DNA of 64,000 nucleotides from the human T2T-CHM13v2.0 reference genome, Homo sapiens (GCF_009914755.1 NC_060931.1); one strand, 5' to 3'; positions 30,990 to 44,786 are shown, counted from the first letter of the stretch. The notes: generated from the letters alone by a model not told the origin. Made by a program: numbers and translations.

Positions 30990-32940
30990 CAAATTGTCCC
31001 TGTTTGCAGATGACATGATTGTATATTTAGAAAACCCCATCATCACAGCCCAAAATCTCCTTAAGCTGATAAGCAACTTCAGCAAACTCTCAGGATACAA
31101 AATCAATGTACAAAAATCACAAGCATTCCTATACACCAATAACAGACAAACAGAGAGCCAAATCATGAATGAACTCCCACTCACAATTGCTTCAAAGCGA
31201 ATAAAATACTTAGGAATCCAACTTATAAGGAATGTGAAGGAACTCTTCAAAGAGAACTTCAAACCACTGCTCAGTGAAATAAAAGAGGACACAAACAAAT
31301 GGAAGAACATTCCATGCTCATGGTTAGGAAGAATCAATATCGTGAAAATGGCCATAATGCCCAAGGTAATTTATAGATTCAATGTCATCCCCATCAAGCT
31401 ACCAATGACTTTCTTCACAGAATTGGAAAAAACTACTTTAAAGTTCATATTGAACCAAAAAAGAGCCTGCATTGCCAAGACAATCCTAAGCCAAAAGAAC
31501 AAAGCTGGAGGCATCATGCTACCTGATTTCAAACTACACTACAAGGCTACAGTAACCAAAACAGCATGGTGCTGGTACCAAAACAGAGATATAGACCAAT
31601 GGAACAGAACAGAACCCTCAGAAATAATACCACACATCTACAACCATGTGATCTTTGACAAACCTGACAAAAACAAGAAATGGGGAAAGGATTCCCTATT
31701 TAATAAATGGTGCTGGGAAAACTGGCTAGCCACATGTAGAAAGCTGAAACTACATTCCTTCCTTACACCTTATACAAAAATTAACTCAAGATGGATCAAA
31801 GACTCAAATGTCAGACCTAAAACCATAAAAACCCTAGAAGAAAACCTAGGAAATACCATTCAGGACATAGGCATGGACAAGGACTTCATGTCTAAAACAA
31901 CAAAAGCAATGGCAACAAAAGACAAAATTGACAAATGGGATCTAATTAAACTAAAGAGCTTCTGCACAGCAAAAGAAACTACCATCAGAGTGAACAGGCA
32001 ACCTACAGAATGGGAGAAAATTTTTGCAATCTACTCATCTGATAAAGGGCTAATATCCAGAATCTACAAAGAACTCAAACAAATTTACAAGAAAAAAACA
32101 AACAACCCCATCACAAAGTGGGCGAAGGACATGAACAGACACTTCTCAAAACAAGACATTTATGCAGCCAAAAGACACATGAAAAAATGCTCATCATCAC
32201 TGGCCATCAGAGAAATGCAAATCAAAACCACAATGAGATACCATCTCACACCAGTTAGAATGGCAATCATTAAAAAGTCAGGAAACAACAGGTGCTGGAG
32301 AGGATGTGGAGAAATAGGAATGCTTTTACACTGTTGGTGGGACTGTAAACTAGTTCAACCATTGTGGAAGACAGTGTGGCAATTCCTCAGGGATCTAGAA
32401 CTAGAAATACCATTTGACCCAGCCATCCCATTACTGGGTATATACCCACAGGATTATAAATCATGCTGCTATAAAGACACATGCACACGTATGTTTATTG
32501 TGGCACAATTCACAATAGCAAAGACTTGGAACCAACCCAAATGTCCATCAATGATAGACTGGATTAAGAAAATGTGGCAATATACACCATGGAATACTAT
32601 GCAGCCATAAAAAAGGATGAGTTCATGTCCTTTATGGGGACATGGATGAAGGTGGAAACCATCATTCTGAGCAAACTATCACAAGGACAGAAAACCAAAC
32701 ACCGCATGTTCTCACTCATAGGTGGGAATTGAACAATAAGAATACATGGACACAGGGTGGGGAACATCACACACTGGGGCCTTCCAGGGGGATGGGGGGA
32801 GGGGGGAGGAATAGCATTAGGAGATATACCTAATGTAAATGATGAGTTATCGGGTGCAGCACACCAACATGGCACATGTATACATATGTAACAAACCTGC
32901 ACGTTGTACACGTGTACCCTAGAACTTGAAGTAAAATGAA

Positions 32941-32969
<29 letters not shown>
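30990..32969 (+). mobile_element. 5'-truncated L1 (L1PA4-6-like), ~2.0 kb, (TAAA)n tail
   Basis: 538-aa ORF is L1 ORF2, frameshifted near the C-terminus. TSD aaaagtatctgaaattccaa (30973-30992) / aaatgtatttgaaattccaa (32970-32989). Confidence 0.97.
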
Positions 32970-32971
<2 letters not shown>

Positions 32972-34107
32972 ATGTATTTGAAATTCCAACTTGAGATATC
33001 TAAATTGAATTACACAGAGTTTAATAATATACTGCATGCAATACAGTGAGGACAATGAATAGAATGGCTTTCTAGGCCATGAGGATAACATTCATCCCAC
33101 AAATCACACTGTCATTTAAGACATCAAACTATACTACTCTATATTTTCAACAAAACAAAAAAAATTCTGCATGGCAATATATAAAAGATAACAATCTAAG
33201 TGAAATTAGTGATACAAATACTACAAATTTATTCTACATAGTTTCACATAAACATTGTGGAAAAAAGACCGATTAAATAACAAAAGGAAATAAAAAAGAG
33301 CCATTACCTGAGCCCTCGCCCACAGCCGAGTACAATGGTACAGAAATAGGGCTACCAAGTACAGACCCAAGAGACAGATTCTGGGCTTGGAAACCACCAA
33401 TAAGTGAAAAGACCCGGGGCGAGCAACTTTACCACAACCTAATAACATGTTCCTCATAATACATTTGAGGCATCAATGAAAATGATTCATGTTAATAAAT
33501 GTAAGAGCACAGCACATCTCATAGAAAGTGCACAGAGAATGTTCGTTATTCTTACTAGCATCCATATTAGTACTGCTTTAGCTTTACTAAATAATATCTA
33601 CCTGAAAAAATTGACAGTTTTGAATATTAAAGTTTTCATCTGTTTCATAAAATGGTGACACTAAAATCCAGACAATATGAAAAAAAAGAGAGAGAGCAAT
33701 AGAGACGTCAACTAACAGCAAAACATGGCAAAGGAGAAAGAGAGAGGAAGAAAAAGAAGCCATGTGAGAATCTGAGGAGAGGAAGAGAAAGGGAGAGAAG
33801 GGGGAGAAGAAATGAGATGATTAATGAAAGGTCAACTTACAATAGGCAAAGTGTTACAAACTGAGATTTACTTTTAATCTTAATGTATTTTTGTATATCA
33901 TCTTTTAACCTTCCTTTAAAACATAATTTACAGTCTATAATACTGAAATGACACAAATTTTAATAGAAGAACTAGACAATACCTTTTAAAGTAACTATGT
34001 TTTATCATTCTAGGCTTTTGGGAGGATCTTTTAAAAACACTGAATAAAATTTTTTATTGTGATGGAAAGATAACACAAAGTTATTTGTTTCTTCAAACAT
34101 GACAAGA

Positions 34108-34240
34108 ACTGGGTGTAGCAGCACACATCTGTAATCCTAGCTATTCAGGAGGCTGAGATAGGAGGATTGCTTGAGGTCAGATGATCAAGACCAGCTTGGG
34201 CAAAATAGTGAGACCCAGTCTCAAAAAGGGGAAAAAAAAA
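34108..34240 (+). mobile_element. Alu monomer (FLAM_A/FAM-like)
   Basis: Single diverged arm: tgtaatcctagctattcaggaggctgag..gtgagacccagtctc. Confidence 0.8.
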
Positions 34241-34717
34241 TTACAAGAAGAGACAAAATCCTGAGATGACATCTTGCACTTTAAGGCAGAAAAATATTGG
34301 GGAATGGGTTGGGGTGGGTAATGACTTTCATAATAAGAAAAATCCTGCAAGCTTTATCTGCCTTCTCTTCCTTATTGTCTCATAGAAGTTTCCCTTTCCC
34401 TTCAAAGAGCTAGTTCTCATTTGGTTGCTCTAAGGATTACAAAGGCCTCCAGAATAATAGGATAAAATTGTCCTTTAAAGTCTGTATTTCTTTTGTGAAG
34501 TATTCATGCCATTAAACCACCACATCCAGAGTAGAAAAATCATATTACACTTGTATCACTTTCTTCTGGGAAAGTCTAGCAAGCCTGTTAGCACAAAATC
34601 AGGTTTCAGAAATAACAGAAGAGATAATCTCTCACAAGCATTTTCCTTTCTCTCCCTCATAGCAGCACAGTTCAAAGACATTAGCTTGAAGCACCTAATT
34701 TTAAAGAGAACAAATTG

Positions 34718-34775
34718 GTCACATCTTGGCTTACAATTTTACTTGACCAAGTAAAATTGTAATCCAAGATGTGAC
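34718..34775. repeat. 58-bp near-perfect palindrome
   Basis: gtcacatcttggcttacaattttacttg-ac-caagtaaaattgtaatccaagatgtgac; 27/28 pairs. Confidence 0.95.
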
Positions 34776-36744
34776 AAACAAATAATGTACAAAAAAGCAC
34801 AGTGCTTTATAAGATGAAAACCAAGATTTTTAAAAACTTACATATAGGAAAGAATAAGTAATTGATGTATAACTTAATTTAACTTCAAAGCATAAAACAT
34901 GCACAAATCCCCCAGATGTCTAAATAATAAAATGCAATGGTGTGGAAATGAGCACAACTATACTGTATACACCAATAATCAGTCATCTACAGAAATTTAC
35001 CAATATGTTATGTTCATATTGCTCCCAAACCCTCAACTTTGATGCCTATGTGAGAATCTCAACCTACTTGCTCCCATTTTGTGGGACTAAAGAGTTAGAT
35101 GTGTTATATGAACCAAAAAAAAAAAAATCCTTTCAAATGTAACATAATTAATATATTACCTTTTAAAGATAAAAAGTACTAGAGAAATTTAAAATATAGG
35201 GTTGCAAACTATGAGGTTATAATTATCACTAGGTAATCAGTTCAGCATATGAAAAGTAAGAGTGCCCATCAATAACTAGTACTTTCTTTACAAGATATCT
35301 TCCCCTAATTGATGTCTAATTCGATGGAACTTTAAGTGGGGGTTATGTTCTTTGGGGCCAGTCATTTGGGGTTATAAAAATGTTTTGCTTTACATTTTCT
35401 TAATTTGAAGATCTTGGAATTGCAAAGTACTATAATGTCAGTACATACTATTCTTAATTGCTTACATTTAAAAGCAAATATTCCTCAGCTGTTTCCAGCT
35501 ACTCCAAAGGTAAGAGAGTCTTAATTCTGTATCAGAGCAGTAACGTGGAGGACTTTACAGGGGGAATGCCAGGATGGACCATCTATATGGGTTTATTGCA
35601 TTTCCCCTAGGAATGCTCCTTTTGGGCTCCCCCTGCAGATAAAACAACTTTTTTTCTTTCCTAAATGACAGTTTCTTTAGTTGAAATAAAGAGAATTTCC
35701 AACTACACAGAAGTAGAATGGGAGCAATAGGGAAAGTCTCTGCATTACACAAACATCCCAGATGCCAGAGAGGGTAGGATCACCTGAGACTTTTTCTGAG
35801 AGTTGAAAAGAGCCAAAAACACCAGGCATTCAACAAAAGCATGATGCATAGAGCAGAGGCAAGTGGATACTCAAGTGCAATGTGAGGGCTCAAAACCAGC
35901 CCCAGGAATATCCAGAGGAATACTAGCACTGCGGTCCACTGTACAGAAGTGACATGTCACAAGCAGCCTCAGGAGTCTGGTCAAGCAGTGAAACCTGGTA
36001 ATCTTCACAGGCCAGACAGTCACTGCCAGTTATCCTGCTGCTGCTGGTTCCTGTGAGCACTACCCACATGTTACTCAGGGAAGGGAGCCCCACCTGCTGT
36101 GGATTTCCCATGGCCACAGTAACAACTAAATGTTGAGATACCTTGGAACAAAAATGCTATACACACAGGCTTTTAAGCTCAAGAACATTTAAGCTCATTT
36201 TGTTAGAAAACATTTGATCCTCATAACAGGAGCTCCATCAAGAATTTAAAGGGGTGGAAATCACTGCTATGATCTATGTTTCTCCAACATTTACCTACCT
36301 GGCACTTAATGGAACATTTAAATAATGACACTTTGTGTTAATTCTTGTCCTCATTTGTCCAGAATCTGAAAGGATATTTAATAAGCACCTATTATGTGCC
36401 ATTTATGGGAATGAATGATGAAAACACAAAGATGAAGGCAAACAGACTCTGGCCTTCGTGACTCGGGCTTGTGTTAAAAGGAAAAGCGTGAAATGTAAAC
36501 AAATACTATAGCAGTGAGAAAAGCTTCACGATGACCTTCATTTTAAGACAGAAGTCATTACCTATGTATGTTTATGATTTCCCTCAGCAATCATAGCTAC
36601 ATCCCCACTGTAAACAACATTGTGCTCTGGACATAAAAGGCACACATTACATATTCAAGACAGAAGACAATGATGTGCAGAAATAACACAGACTTTCGAA
36701 TCTAAGAGGACTGGGTTTGAATCCTGGTTTCCCTACTGAAGAGC

Positions 36745-37160
36745 TGGGTTAGTCTAGGTTCCTTTACAGCAACACAAAACCCACTGTGTGTTGCTATAAA
36801 GAAATACCTGAGACTGTGTAATTTATAGAGAAAAAAATTTATCTGGGTCATGATTGAGCTGGCTGGAAGACTGGGTGTCCAGTGAGGGCATCAGGCTGCT
36901 TCCACACCTGGTGGAAGGCAAAGGGGAGCTGGCATGTGCAGAGATTACCTGGGGAGAGAGGACACAAGAGGGTGGGAGAGTGAATGCCAGGCTCATTTTA
37001 ACAACCAGCTCTTGCAGCAAATAAAAGAGCAAGAACTCACTCAAGCCATTCATGAGGGATCTGCCACTATGAGCAAACACCTCTCATTTGGCCCCACCTC
37101 CAACACTGGAGATTACATTACTACATGAGGCTTGGGGGGTCAAATATCCAAACTATCATC
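36745..37160 (-). mobile_element. MST-type MaLR LTR inserted in a MIR relic
   Basis: gttgctataaagaaatacctgagactg ... ggaaggcaaaggggagctggcatgt ... ggccccacctccaacactgg ... caaatatccaaactat. Confidence 0.85.
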
Positions 37161-37338
37161 ATACGTCAGTTAAACTTTTTGAGTATCTGTTTTCTTTTCT
37201 AAAAATAGAAACACTAATAAGTCCTGCCTCACATAATTACTCGGAAAAAGAAATCAGTAAGTAAAATAACTATCATTATATCTGGCAAATCAGAAGGCTT
37301 AGTAAATAAATGCTTGTTCTTAATTTACCTGAGCACTG

Positions 37339-37447
37339 CTGCTATGGTCTGAATGTATGTGTCCCCCTACAGTGTACATGTTGAAATCCCAACTCCCCAA
37401 GGATGGTGGTATTAGCAGGTGGGACCTCTGCAAGATGATTAGGTCAT
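37339..37447 (+). mobile_element. MLT1A-type LTR 5' fragment
   Basis: tgctatggtctgaatgtatgtgtcccc..atgttgaaatcc..gattaggtcat. Confidence 0.7.
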
Positions 37448-38729
37448 CATTGTGTGTATGCCCTGTGTCAGTAGAGAATAATTATAGAATACTCCACACG
37501 AATAAAACACCACATGACTGCTTAAGTAGAAACCATAGTTTTGTCTCTGAAATGAATCTCTTATCATTTTTTTATTCTCTAAAAATTCTTCCCTGAAATA
37601 AAAAGTAAAATACAAAGTCCATTTGTACGTATTTTAAAATCAAATGCTGCTTAGAGGTTAGAAAAGAGTTTACCTTCAATTTCCCCTGTAATAACTCACA
37701 AACATTAAGCTAACCAATCAAGTAACGTATCTGATATGCTTTGGGAGAATAAAAAATGTAACTGTGGATTTTTGTTCCAATTTACTCAGGTATAAATCTA
37801 TTAAGCATATCTTTCAATGAGAGCATACAGAACTTTTGGCAAAGGCAGACTTGGCATCTTTTTAACATTTTTTTTTTTTGAAACAAGAATAACACAAACA
37901 TGGGACATTATTCTAATAAAATATTATCTGGGTCCTTTGACCACAAAAATCATATATGTTTACAAAACAGATGACATTTTGTTGCCTAGTTAGGTATTTA
38001 GTTATTTTAGAACTACCATTTCTTTTTTCTTAGATTCCTTACATAAATATATTTTCTAGCAATTGTTTTGTGAGTCCTTATTTCCATAGGCAAAAGTCAG
38101 AAGTAAGCAATGTGAGTGGAAAATTTTTAATTGAAAAGAAGCACAGTTGTGTATTTGGTTAAATAGAAATATTCTACCTTTGCTACAAAGATTTTTTTTT
38201 TGAAAAATACCCTGGGTATTCACATAAGAGTTGGGAAAAAAGGAAAATACCCCCTATGTTTTTTAAATGAGAGTATTATAATAGCTTTAGAAACGTTCAA
38301 ATTCTAGCTTACATTTAAAAAGTAGTTTCTCCAAGAAACCCCAAGTGACATATAAAGGAAATTTAAATAATACATACCATTTTTGTTGCTGCTAAAATAT
38401 TCTGGATATGTAAGATGGAATATTAATGTTGCAATTTGTGAAGGGAGATTTGGGCCACAGAAAGTGATTCGTACAATGTCACTTAGCAGATTGTATTTAA
38501 TTATGTAGTGGGTGGAAATTAGGGTGACAACTGGCTCCCAGATGCTATTAAGTCCATTCAGACTCATTTAACTTTCTCATGTATTAATACTAGCAGGCCA
38601 GTCAGTGAATATCTATAGTTTTATAGGCATAACTAATTTTGGTAAAACAGTGTCCTCCCTATAGAAGCACTCTTATTAATACTTCATTAATAGGTTCAAG
38701 ATAATACTGTTGTCAGTTATTGGAGGTTA

Positions 38730-39600
38730 AATGCTTCATCAAATAAAGGTTAGTTACAGAACCAGATACTGAGGATACGATGTTGAATAAGACCTGCCTT
38801 CTGTCTTCAGTGAGCTCAAAGTTTTTGAGGGGGAGCAGATAAAAAGAGAGACAACTAGAGCAAACAGTGAGAGTTCTGGGGACTGAGAACATATAGGGTA
38901 TTACTGAAGCCCTCTGGGGAAGGAGGGAAGCAAGGGCTCAGGGAAGCCCTCACAGAGAAAAGCATGCTAAACTGGAGCCTTCAAGGAAAAGTAAAGGGAA
39001 AGTAGTTAGGTGCAGAATGAAAGGAAGGCAGGCCATGTGCAAGGACAGTGTTCTTCCCAGGAATGGGACCTGCTCCTAGTAGGGACAACATTTTTTAATG
39101 TGTGGACACAGGCCAGGGAAGTTCAATAACTCCAGATGCAGGGGATAGCTCAACTGATAAAAACAGCTCCCTCCAAAACGCAACAGAATTCCTGCTTGAA
39201 AATACCATACAGCATAGAATCTAAGCTGGAGATGCAAGAGGTACAGAGGTAAGTGGAAGTCAAACCAGAGAGAGGCTCCTGAAATAAACCTAGCAAGGGC
39301 TCAAACCAAGGGGCAGGCAAGGATGATGTGGTAAGAAAGATTTGCTGGATATTAAGAAGGCAGAATCAACAGAATTTACATATAGAAATCAAAAAAGAGG
39401 AAGAAATAATAAATGCCCAAGTCTCTGGCTAAGGAATCCTTACAGCTAGAAATACCACATACTGAGTTGATAAACAGAAAAGGAGGAGTGTGTTTAAAGG
39501 TGAAATATAAATGTTTCTATTTTTAATGTGTTGAGTAAGGTATCCATGTGAAGATATCCCCGGAAGAGAAGGCTGCCTAGTGTTAATCTGGATAACTAAA
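38730..39600. mobile_element. L2 relic
   Basis: ccagatactgaggatacgatgttgaataagac.., gaaggcagaatcaacagaattt.., gtgttgag..atccatgtgaagatatcc. Confidence 0.6.
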
Positions 39601-39845
39601 AAGCAGATTTTGTCAACCGTAGAATTTATTTTAGTAACAGTTTTCTTTCTAAACTTGAAAGCTATTTCTTTGTATTCTTTCACAGGTTTAGGCCCTTTGT
39701 AAAAGTGTATTTCAGATAGACAATGTTACATATAATATGAAATATACATACATATAGGATACAGTATATACTATATTCTGTGTTACTTTAACATTTATAT
39801 TTCACCTCTAAACACACTCCTCCTTTTCTGTTTATCATCTCAGTA
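39460..39845. repeat. Inverted repeat: 56-bp arms (39460-39515 and 39790-39845), 274-bp spacer
   Basis: 54/56 identity between the left arm and the reverse complement of the right arm. Confidence 0.95.
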
Positions 39846-42800
39846 CCTACACTGTTTCCTATCTAATTAAAGGCAGTGATTATATTTTACTGTGAAATTC
39901 TTGCTCATCCATGCCATATGGATAAATATTCCTAGATCAGATTATATTCCTCGTAATATATCTTAATTCACATAAGTGGTGCTATAAAACTGTGAACTAT
40001 TTTGATCAACTTAAAGGAATTTGCTGTTTGACAATTACATCTTCAGACTGGTTTTAAGAAAAGGATGGCTATAAAAATGGATGGACACTTTTCATCCAGG
40101 CCGTCAGAAGCTACATGATGGAAAGAAAACAAAGCAAACAACACATGCAGTAGCTAAGTCAAGGAATTAGCCTCTTTGCAAACAGAAAGAGCAGCTCCAT
40201 GGAGTCAAAGCAACAAAGCTAAGCTGAGATTGGTGTAAACAAGTTTCTCTTTCTAAAGATCCCACCAACTGTGGGAAAACAGCAAAGGTCACTGGCTAGG
40301 TTGGGGACCTTCTCTGAAAAAACTGAGCCATGAAACAGTCATAGATATGCCCAAGAAAATGTTAATGATGAAATTTTAATGTAATCACCAATCTGTCTGA
40401 TTATAGGGGAAACAAGTTCATCTGTTAGTAAGTCTCATCAAAAAAGTGACTAATCACATTAAGTCCACAAACTTGCTCTGAGCCTTCTAGAAATACTGTT
40501 ACTTCTGTAATTTTAATGAGTTTGCCACAGCAGAAATCAAGACCCCTGCTCTAAGCAATGTATAATTCTATTGCCACTATTAGTAGGGTATATGCTTAAC
40601 AAAAAGCTCAAATAAACAGTAAAGTCCAACAAAAACTTGTTATGACATGAGTTTGTTCAGAGCTGAACTTAAAATAACTTTTGTCTGTTTGGGTCCTATT
40701 TACTAAAAGTTTCGTTTAATAAAGAACTAATGAGCCTCTCCCAGATATTGGTTCAGTGGCCTTCACCCAGAATCCAGTATTTGCAGACAGAGAACACGAG
40801 AATGAGGCAACCTGAAACACTGCTCACATATAAAACAAATAACTGGATGTGAACATTTTGGGTTTTCAGAGGGAACAGCTAAAGTTATTTAACATTAATG
40901 TAGATGTTGACATTTAGCTACTGATTTTAACAAAAATAATGCACCACTTTAGAAACACAATTTTTTAAATGTGGATAATGATAGGTTAAGTTTTTACATC
41001 ATTAGAATCATATTCATAGTGCATAAATATTGTATCACTTTTTTTTCCTAGACATCTACCATACTTGAAAGTGAAGTAATAAAGGGCATAAAAGATGTAT
41101 TTTTCATCTCTACCATTTTGGCAGAACTATATAAAATTCATGATTTTTTTTCACACTCAAATATTAAAATTTTTGAAGATTCTTATGAGAATTTGCCAAA
41201 TTCAATATGATCCAAATGCTGCCATCTGCCAGCAAAGCTATATTACGGCAAAAAAGGAAAGTTAAACATTAGAACACAGTGAGAATTTCACAGACTTGCT
41301 TCAGGTAAAATTTGCTATTTTATAAGCCAAAAGACTTCACATCTTCGCCAACCAGATCCATCTTGCATTTTATGTAATAAGGAAGTCTGAGCCAGGAACA
41401 CGAAAGTGTTACTTGTCTAAAAATTGACTAATTCTTCATTTTTATTTTTTAGCCACACTTCACCACCACTGCGATTTCTCTGGTGGTCTTAAGTCAATGA
41501 AGTTCTGGGAACAAAATAAATTAAAAATAGGATCATCTTCTCTTCCTTAAAAAAACATTTCTTTAAATAATGTTACATGAATATCTTTGCAGCAATGTTT
41601 CTAGAGCCTGTAATTTTAATTTGGAAGACGTGTAAGTGCAAAAAAAACCCCCAAATCCTAAGTTTACATAGACGTACTCTTCCCAGGAAAACAAAACAAA
41701 ACTTAAGAAAAAATATTGCTGTTATCATCCAGGTCGCAGAGTTCCTATACTTAGAAAATTTTCTTCAAATTTCAAAGAGAAGGAGAAACTACTGTGGACA
41801 ATAGCTCTCATGCTGCAAAAGTTACCTGATAATTGTCAGTACTTCAGGAGATTTAAGTCTCCCTTTTAAACGGGAAGGCTTAGAAATTATGATTTTAAAA
41901 AACTGTATTAATTTAAAAACATTCAGCTTGCCATTAACCTTACTAAATAACTTACTGACAAAAAATGTATAAATAAAAGGAGAAAAATCACCATCATGGA
42001 TATATAAATAATAGTGTCTCAGTAAGGAAAAATATTTTACTTAGGTGGTTTGAGTTAAAAGTTTCCGTTAAAGCAGGAGAACCTGTAGCAGATTCACATA
42101 CCTATAAAATAATTACATAATGCATAGATCAGAATCATGGCCAAATTAAGGAAAAAAAAAAGTTTATTTTTTTCATATGGGAATTACCTCATTTGAATGT
42201 GTGAGATGGGAGGTGTAGGGCATACATTTAAAAATACATTTCACTTGCAAAGAATGTCAATCTTCATCTTACGACCATTGCAATTTTACTGCATACACAA
42301 CTCCATAACTAAAAAATCTCTATATAACGTGTATATACAGAAACACACCATGGAAGCTAAAAAATGAACATCTTTTGCTCTGAAGCTATACATAAGTCAC
42401 TAGCATGAATATAAAAATGGAAATATAATACATTGTATTGACTTTGTGCTAATGAAAAAGAGAGGGTTCTGAGATCAATGTGGGTACAAAACCTTCAAGT
42501 TGAACTGGTCTTGAAATATCAATCAGAGTTCCTAGGCAGAGAAAAATCAGGGAGGCACCATGTGTACATACAAAGGCATGAGACAGTATGGCATTTTTGG
42601 CTCCCACTCTGCTTGGATCTCCAGTTCACTGAGGTCATATGAATACTTTGATTCACAGAAACAACTTCCTGTATTCTCTTCTTACCACTGAGGACTTACA
42701 AAGTGTTCCAAGATATTTTTAGGAACTCTTTCAGATTTCCCTGTATCTGAAAGAATAGCAATAATATAAGGTTGGATTCAATTTAAGATTATCCTTTCTT

Positions 42801-43759
42801 TTGCTAATCCACGTGTCAGTTGCAGAGGAAGATCCCAGCTTCACCTTAATTTCATAACTCCAGAACAGGTAATAACAAGTGCTCTTCATGTAATGTATTA
42901 ACATGGTGCCAACATGGAAGACATGGCTGCAAAATTACTGTCAACAACTGCAGGCTATTATGCTGCAAGGCACTAGAGATCCTTTGATGGCTACACTTTA
43001 GCACAGCAGATATAAATCTTCAATGACATCATCTGAGACACAAAACCAATGTTGATAGAGAATATATGACAACTAACAAGTCTTTTCCCTTCATAACTGA
43101 CAATTAGGCATTATTCATTTTGAAAACTACCTCCATTTGAATGTAGCTAACTCTCAAATCTTAAAAAAAAGATTATAAAGTGCTTACCAAATAAATATTA
43201 TATGACAATACAAACACCCAAGCCAAAAATCTCAGAAGGGACTTGGGAAACAAAAGCACATTCCGCTTCATAAAATAACGTTTGCAGTTTGGTACTGTTA
43301 AAGACACTCAATCGTTTATTAAGTGTGAAACTCCTCCTGTAAATTTCCTGGACTTAAAAATAGGATGCTAAAAGAAGAGATTTAAAGAAAGTAGAGAAAT
43401 GAATACATGAGCAGAAAAAAAAAACACTCAAAGCAAAGGCTAAAATAAAAAATAGTGAATATATGGGCAGAGGTACCTGAAGAATATAACGATTGGGTGT
43501 TCCTACCTATATTACCCCAATTAACTCACAAAATAGTCCTTGAAATAGGTACCACTGTTTCCTTCATACCAATGAAGAAACAGACTCAAACAGATATAAA
43601 TAGCCATAGTAACACAGCTAATCTGTGGCAAAGCTAGGATTTATACTCTGCAATGTCTCAATCTTTCTCTTAAAACCATTTGTACTGATAAATACCCACT
43701 ATAATCCCCTGTCATTAACATTTTAAAACCTAGAAATTTTGAATTCTTGAAAAATTCTA

Positions 43760-44045
43760 CTACTGTATGATCTTTATATGTAGAATCTAAAAAAGTTAAA
43801 CTCATAGGAATGAAGAGTAGGACAGTGGTTGCCAGAGGCTGAAGGTGAGGGAAATGAGATGTTGATCAAAGAGTACACATTTTCAGTTATAAGATGAACA
43901 AGTTCTAAGAACTCTGTACAACATGGGGGATGATGGATATAGTAACTTGATTGTAATAATCATTATACAATATATACATATATCAAATAATCATGTTGGA
44001 TACCTTGAATACAATCTTTATTTGTTAAGTAGATAATTTTAAAAT
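43760..44045 (+). mobile_element. L1MA/MB 3' end
   Basis: tatatgtagaatctaaaaaagttaaactcatag..tggttgccagaggct..tttcagttataagatgaacaagttct. Confidence 0.75.
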
Positions 44046-44786
44046 TTTACAACACAAAAATTCTACTTCCTTATCTTTCATTCAATGTATTTCTGTTTTT
44101 AAATATTATGAATTCGGTAATTTTTCAAAACATGAACTTATTTACCAATTCATACCAAGAGCTATGCAACTAGGTTTCTTAAAATGCCTTTCCTAACTTA
44201 TGTATATCACCATTGTTATTCACTCACAGATTGTTGAAGATCTTGACAAATCCTTTACATGTGCTATCTCCATTTGCTCTCTACAGCAACACTCTCAAGT
44301 AGTTATTAATGTGCTTGTGTCCCAACAGAAGATTTGTACTTTAATGCCCCCTTAGGAACCCTGCCTGTGTAAAGATCTGCACCAGCAGCACTGAGGGTGG
44401 ACCAGCCCCAGGCATATCTCCTGGACTGCTGGACAGAGCTCTAGATTTAAGAGTTGCAGCATCTTAGAATAAAGGCATTTCTTCTGACTGTATGGGTTCA
44501 AAAGTTTGCATGTGAAGTATGACAACACTAAAGTCTTTAGAGTTCAGGACTTAGTTCAGGCTCAAATAAATGGTATCTCCTAGAAAAGCAACCCTTCAAA
44601 CCTTTTCTCATGCACTTCCCACAATAATTCTGAAAAATTTACCTTCTTCACTCATTTTTAAGTGGTCACCTAGAAATTTTTAACATAAAGAGTTACAAAA
44701 AATATAATTTCTGGTGCATTTGAAACATTGACATTTAACATAAAACTGTGGTGTCACTCTTAAGTAAATACCATGGAATCTAACTA

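Noticed and set aside
37674-37685. Possible 12-nt microexon on minus (ttattacag|GGGAAATTGAAG|gtaaac)
   Set aside because: Weak polypyrimidine tract, and in the required phase 2 it reads CA|G GGA AAT TGA (stop). There is no support without RNA data.
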